From Penicillus capitatus (lineage: Eukaryota; Plantae; Chlorophyta): 64,000 nucleotides of DNA. The notes beneath the pieces are model-generated. The model did not search any database, had not been told where the DNA came from, and saw nothing but the letters and a program-made list of their open reading frames with translations. A program made the translations under genes and the position numbers. Of the stretch, positions 60,247 through 64,000 are shown in pieces (positions within the stretch are counted from its first letter, which is position 1; the number at the start of each line of letters is the position of its first letter). The DNA lies in NCBI GenBank assembly GCA_965649825.1, contig OZ287708.1, forward strand, positions 577,411 through 641,410. Reading direction: 5' to 3'.

Positions 60247-60624
60247 GATATATCGGCGGGAGCTGAGAGTTCACTTGGAAATTCTTTTTGTCGAGTGTTA
60301 TGAAAACCGTAGCACAAGTGGAGTGCCGTTACTCCATTCGAAGATGACTTGTACATGTGAATTGCGCGAATAAAAGTTGCCTGGGATTGTGGAGAACAGA
60401 ACGTTTAGATCATCGAATTTAAGAACATTATAAGCTATCATGACGTCATTGTGCATCATCGACAATACACATCGTCGATAAGGTTTGATGTCGAAGCTAC
60501 AAATAGTACGTAGTTGACGGCGAGCGACAATGTGTTCTTCGACTCAGAACACAAACATCAATTCTTCTTCGCATGTCTAATTGATCGATCGCTCATGACA
60601 GAATAACCGCGATGAATCGCTGCA

Positions 60625-60730
60625 GATCGAAATCGGACCGATCGATCGCTCTACACAGAAGCAAGCTGATCGATTGTTTCTGATCGAAATCGGACCGATC
60701 GATCGCTCTACATAGAAGTCAGCAGATTGA
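60625..60730 (+). repeat. 57-nt direct tandem duplication rich in GATC/CGATCG
   Basis: gatcgaaatcggaccgatcgatcgctctaca.agaag at 60625 and 60682. Confidence 0.9.
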
Positions 60731-60848
60731 TTAATGTTCGAAGTCAATGCATTAAAACGACAAATCATGTCACCGACAAAGGACCATCGATACGACGAGT
60801 ACGGCAATCGATTTGTCTAACATCGAACGATCAGTCGCAAACCATCGA

Positions 60849-60882
60849 CAATTGCAGTTCAATTGCAGTTCAATTGCAGTTC
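60849..60882 (+). repeat. 11-nt tandem repeat x3 (CAATTGCAGTT)
   Basis: Three perfect copies read directly. Confidence 0.95.
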
Positions 60883-61957
60883 GACAAATATCATGACGCC
60901 GTCCTCCGGATCAATCGATTGTGAAAGCTCGGAAATCGAATAGCTGTAGTCGGACTGATGATCGCATATCCATTGGTCGGATCAGAAAAAAATGGCATTA
61001 ACGGTCGTGGTTTAGGCATACCAAGGCGTCGCGTACCACAGTCGTTGTAAAAATTATCAGTCTGTTTCTTCTGGAAGTACGCTTCGCCGAACTCAGACCA
61101 AGCTGTAACACTGGAGCCTCAACTTATCGAATCGTGATTATCTTCTAGCATGATAAGTGCGTATTCATCGCAAGTGCGACATTAATGTCGATGTAGGCGA
61201 TCTACGCATTCGGCCGTGTTTTGCACTTCCTATATAGTATCTATCATATATCGGAAAGGTGGCCGATCGATGATTAGTCTCGATCTCAACTGCAACGTTC
61301 CCGCAGTGACGCAATTTCGGCCATCTTTCTATCCTCCTTTGCCTTCTCTTTCGTGTCACTGACAGTCTCCGCCAGTCGACATTTTTTAGAATTTGACGCA
61401 GTTCTATGTATATTGTTGTTGCCCGTTCGTTACAACGAATTTCGATCAAAAGTGCCATGTGATTGCAGAAATCGCTCTTCATCTTCGATTGTTTTCTGAT
61501 TGTCAGAGAAAAACTGTAAAATCCTCTCTTCGATTGATCGCTTTCATTGGACATCCCTGTCTTATCTGAACAAAGTAGACGAATACACGAGAACCGCCGT
61601 AGAGGCACGTCGGTTGTGAAAGTAGCCATTCGTCTGTTGAAACACTCTGTGATTGTCAAATCTTATCATCGATTTTATGTCGAGGGCTTGAATTATCGAT
61701 TCCTTCGACATTTGCCAAAAATACGCCGAAAACAAGACAATCGACACATCTTTACGTTCGAGGCTATTTTGCAAATCGGAATGTTAGGCTATTTCAAACG
61801 CTAATGCTCATGATTTGCCAAAAATACTCTGAAAGCAGGCGGCCCGTTTGTACGTTTATACGTCCGGGACTATTTTCCGAGTCGGAGAATTGGAATTGGG
61901 CTCGATTAAACACCATTGCCTTCTGTGACTGTTCTCTGTCCGATTTCGCATTCTGTC

Positions 61958-63566
61958 ATGACGAAACTATGTGAATACTTGCGAGAAGAGAGGGTCATTC
62001 CCGAAGGACTGATGAGAGACACGCTGCTGCTAGCTCCAATCGATGTTTATAACCCAATTGTACAGACCTGTTTCACGTGGCCACTGTTCTTTAATGCCGA
62101 CCTCGACGCCAATCGACTCATCGCAGCGCTGAAAGCTCTTTTACGAAAATACCCCTGTCTCTGTGGAAGACTCCGCCCCCATAACGATTTGCGTTTCGTC
62201 GTTGAGGTCTTTTCAAAAAGTCAGTGACGCCTTGGATGATTTGCTTTTGGTTAGATCGATCCGGAAGGAGAGACCCCTTGTTGGGTTCCGTTTATGGAAC
62301 TGCAGTCGAACATGTCGATAACGAAAGCAATCACGAAACATAGCAAGCTCCGAAGCAAAACAGCAGATTTTCCAGTTCTTCCTGATGTGCAGTTCACGAT
62401 GGACACAATCATAGATCATGAAAAACAGATCATGTATCAGTGGTCACTCTGTATCTTTATCCTGAGTTGTGAAGTTGTGCAGAGAAGAAGTTCCGATGGG
62501 AAAGTTCCGATTAATACACTTTGCAGATGGCTGTTCATTGACGATAACGATTTCTCACGTTTTGATCGACGCCCAGCGCTGCATCGAAATGATGATCGAT
62601 CTAGGCCGTGCTTACAGAGGCCTAGACGTCCCGGATCGCAATCACGATCGCTCTTGTTTATGGCCAGATCAATTAGCAAAGCATTACACTATCCCGGGAA
62701 AAGAGATTGCCAATTTACCACGAGTCGCCTCTCGAAACAGAGAAAAGATTGTCTCTCATCAAAATCCCCAAGAAGGCTGCGTACAGGAGGCTCTTTATTT
62801 CAGCAAGGTCATACAAGTGTGATATCAATTTGCCTTTCAATGGGTTGCGTAGGAGGTCGTGAACAAGATGAAGTCCATTGCCAGACCCTTTCTCGCAGAA
62901 GGCGAATATCTCTCCACTAATGACGTACTTTCTGCTTTTGTACTGTTGCTCAAGTATGAAGTGAATGGAAGAATGAGTGAGGATGGGTCGCTTGATGTGA
63001 CAGATACTGTGGCCGCATGCTCAGTTGAGTGTCTCAAGAACGGCGTGCGTATTTTTCCAGAGAATTTTCTCGGTAACGGTTCGGTAGCTATACTCTTTTC
63101 CACACGGAGACTGGAAATCGAAGGCAGATCTCTATCCGAGATTTTTGTCGCTTTTGCCAAGATGGTGCGAAAAGGCATCACAGATTATAGACAACAGCCA
63201 GAGCTCCAGATTAATACGTTCTTAAGAACATACCACATGATTACGACAGGAAAGATGTCTTCGGCGATGGAATCGATTGTGTCTTTTGTGTCCAACGTGT
63301 CTCGTACACCGTGGAACGCTATCGATTTCGGCACAGGACCTCCAAGAATGGCAAAACTTACAAACCTGTTGCCGTTCAACGGCGTTCAGACAACAATTGG
63401 ACCTGCTCCTGGAGAAGACAATGGAGTCCTTGTGTACATGGTGTTCACTGAAAGCCAGTACGCTAAGTTCAAGAAATCGAGAGTGGTACAGACAATTGCC
63501 CCTGACATGAAGCTCTTCTACTCCGAAATCACCGCGGAGGAAGTGGATGCCATGCTCAACTCCTGA
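61958..63566 (+). CDS. BAHD-family acyl-CoA acyltransferase (multi-exon)
   Basis: ALLRKYPCLCGRL, HXXXD motif HVLID, LSTNDVLSA, DFGWG-like DFGTG. TGTAA at ~63725. Confidence 0.88.
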
Positions 63567-64000
63567 CGTCTGGCGAATGCAATATCTCTTTCTTGATCAT
63601 CCCTTTATTTCATTCTTTCTGTCGAAAGATTACCAAACAATCATCGCTCGTGGACGTGTTGGATCAAGAAACGTCACTGTCGAATGACAGGACGTTCACC
63701 CTATAAAACAACGTACTGATCGTCCTGTAAGAATACCCGTCTGGCTCTCCTCGCATCGCGGCCTCTAAGCGCGGACCAATCGCCGACCCTATCGGTCCTA
63801 ACAGACGATCGCACAATTGTGCCTGCGATTCGTGTGATGAATAAACATCTTATTGGACATCCACCATAAGTCACATCGTGCATCAGGTTGTCTTGTCATC
63901 ATTAGACATCTTGTAAACACAAAACGCATATGTCTTCGCCGAGTGTGCTTTGCTCGTGCGCCTCGATATCAGTCTTGGGTCCCGTTAGGGTCAGACAGTG

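Noticed and set aside
61165-61659. 164-codon minus-strand ORF with a faint DEK-C-like phrase (LRQILKNVDW)
   Set aside because: The similarity is too short, there is no other support, and the composition resembles the non-coding surroundings.

Overview
This is eukaryotic nuclear DNA from a very compact green-algal (chlorophyte) genome. The assignment rests on short (~35-70 nt) GT/GC-AG introns, TGTAA poly(A)-type signals after several genes, a plant/algal PII with C-terminal Q-loop, nuclear CCS1, RETICULATA-related, ORTH/VIM, SPS and a TPPP/FAP265-like gene. The genetic code is standard. About 30 mostly intron-split genes can be reconstructed by hand; exon boundaries are manual and approximate. 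No rRNA, tRNA, CRISPR array or recognisable transposase/RT was seen. Main oddities: (1) same-strand genes whose stop and next ATG are only 41-111 nt apart, with TGTAA seen after the last gene of several runs but not inside the short gaps (candidate polycistronic or interlocked transcription); (2) two convergent genes whose TAA stops overlap in one TTAA; (3) a ~6.7 kb island (13.3-20.0 kb) where an ORAI-like gene, a giant tandem-repeat ORF and a GT4 glycosyltransferase are all broken while the flanking genes are intact; (4) unusual proteins: a stand-alone CHD-type SANT/SLIDE protein with no ATPase, a rhodanese-DSP-FHA fusion, an IBB-less importin-alpha, an APC11 without its third Zn site, a greatly expanded mitochondrion-targeted protein, and a ketal-pyruvyltransferase.
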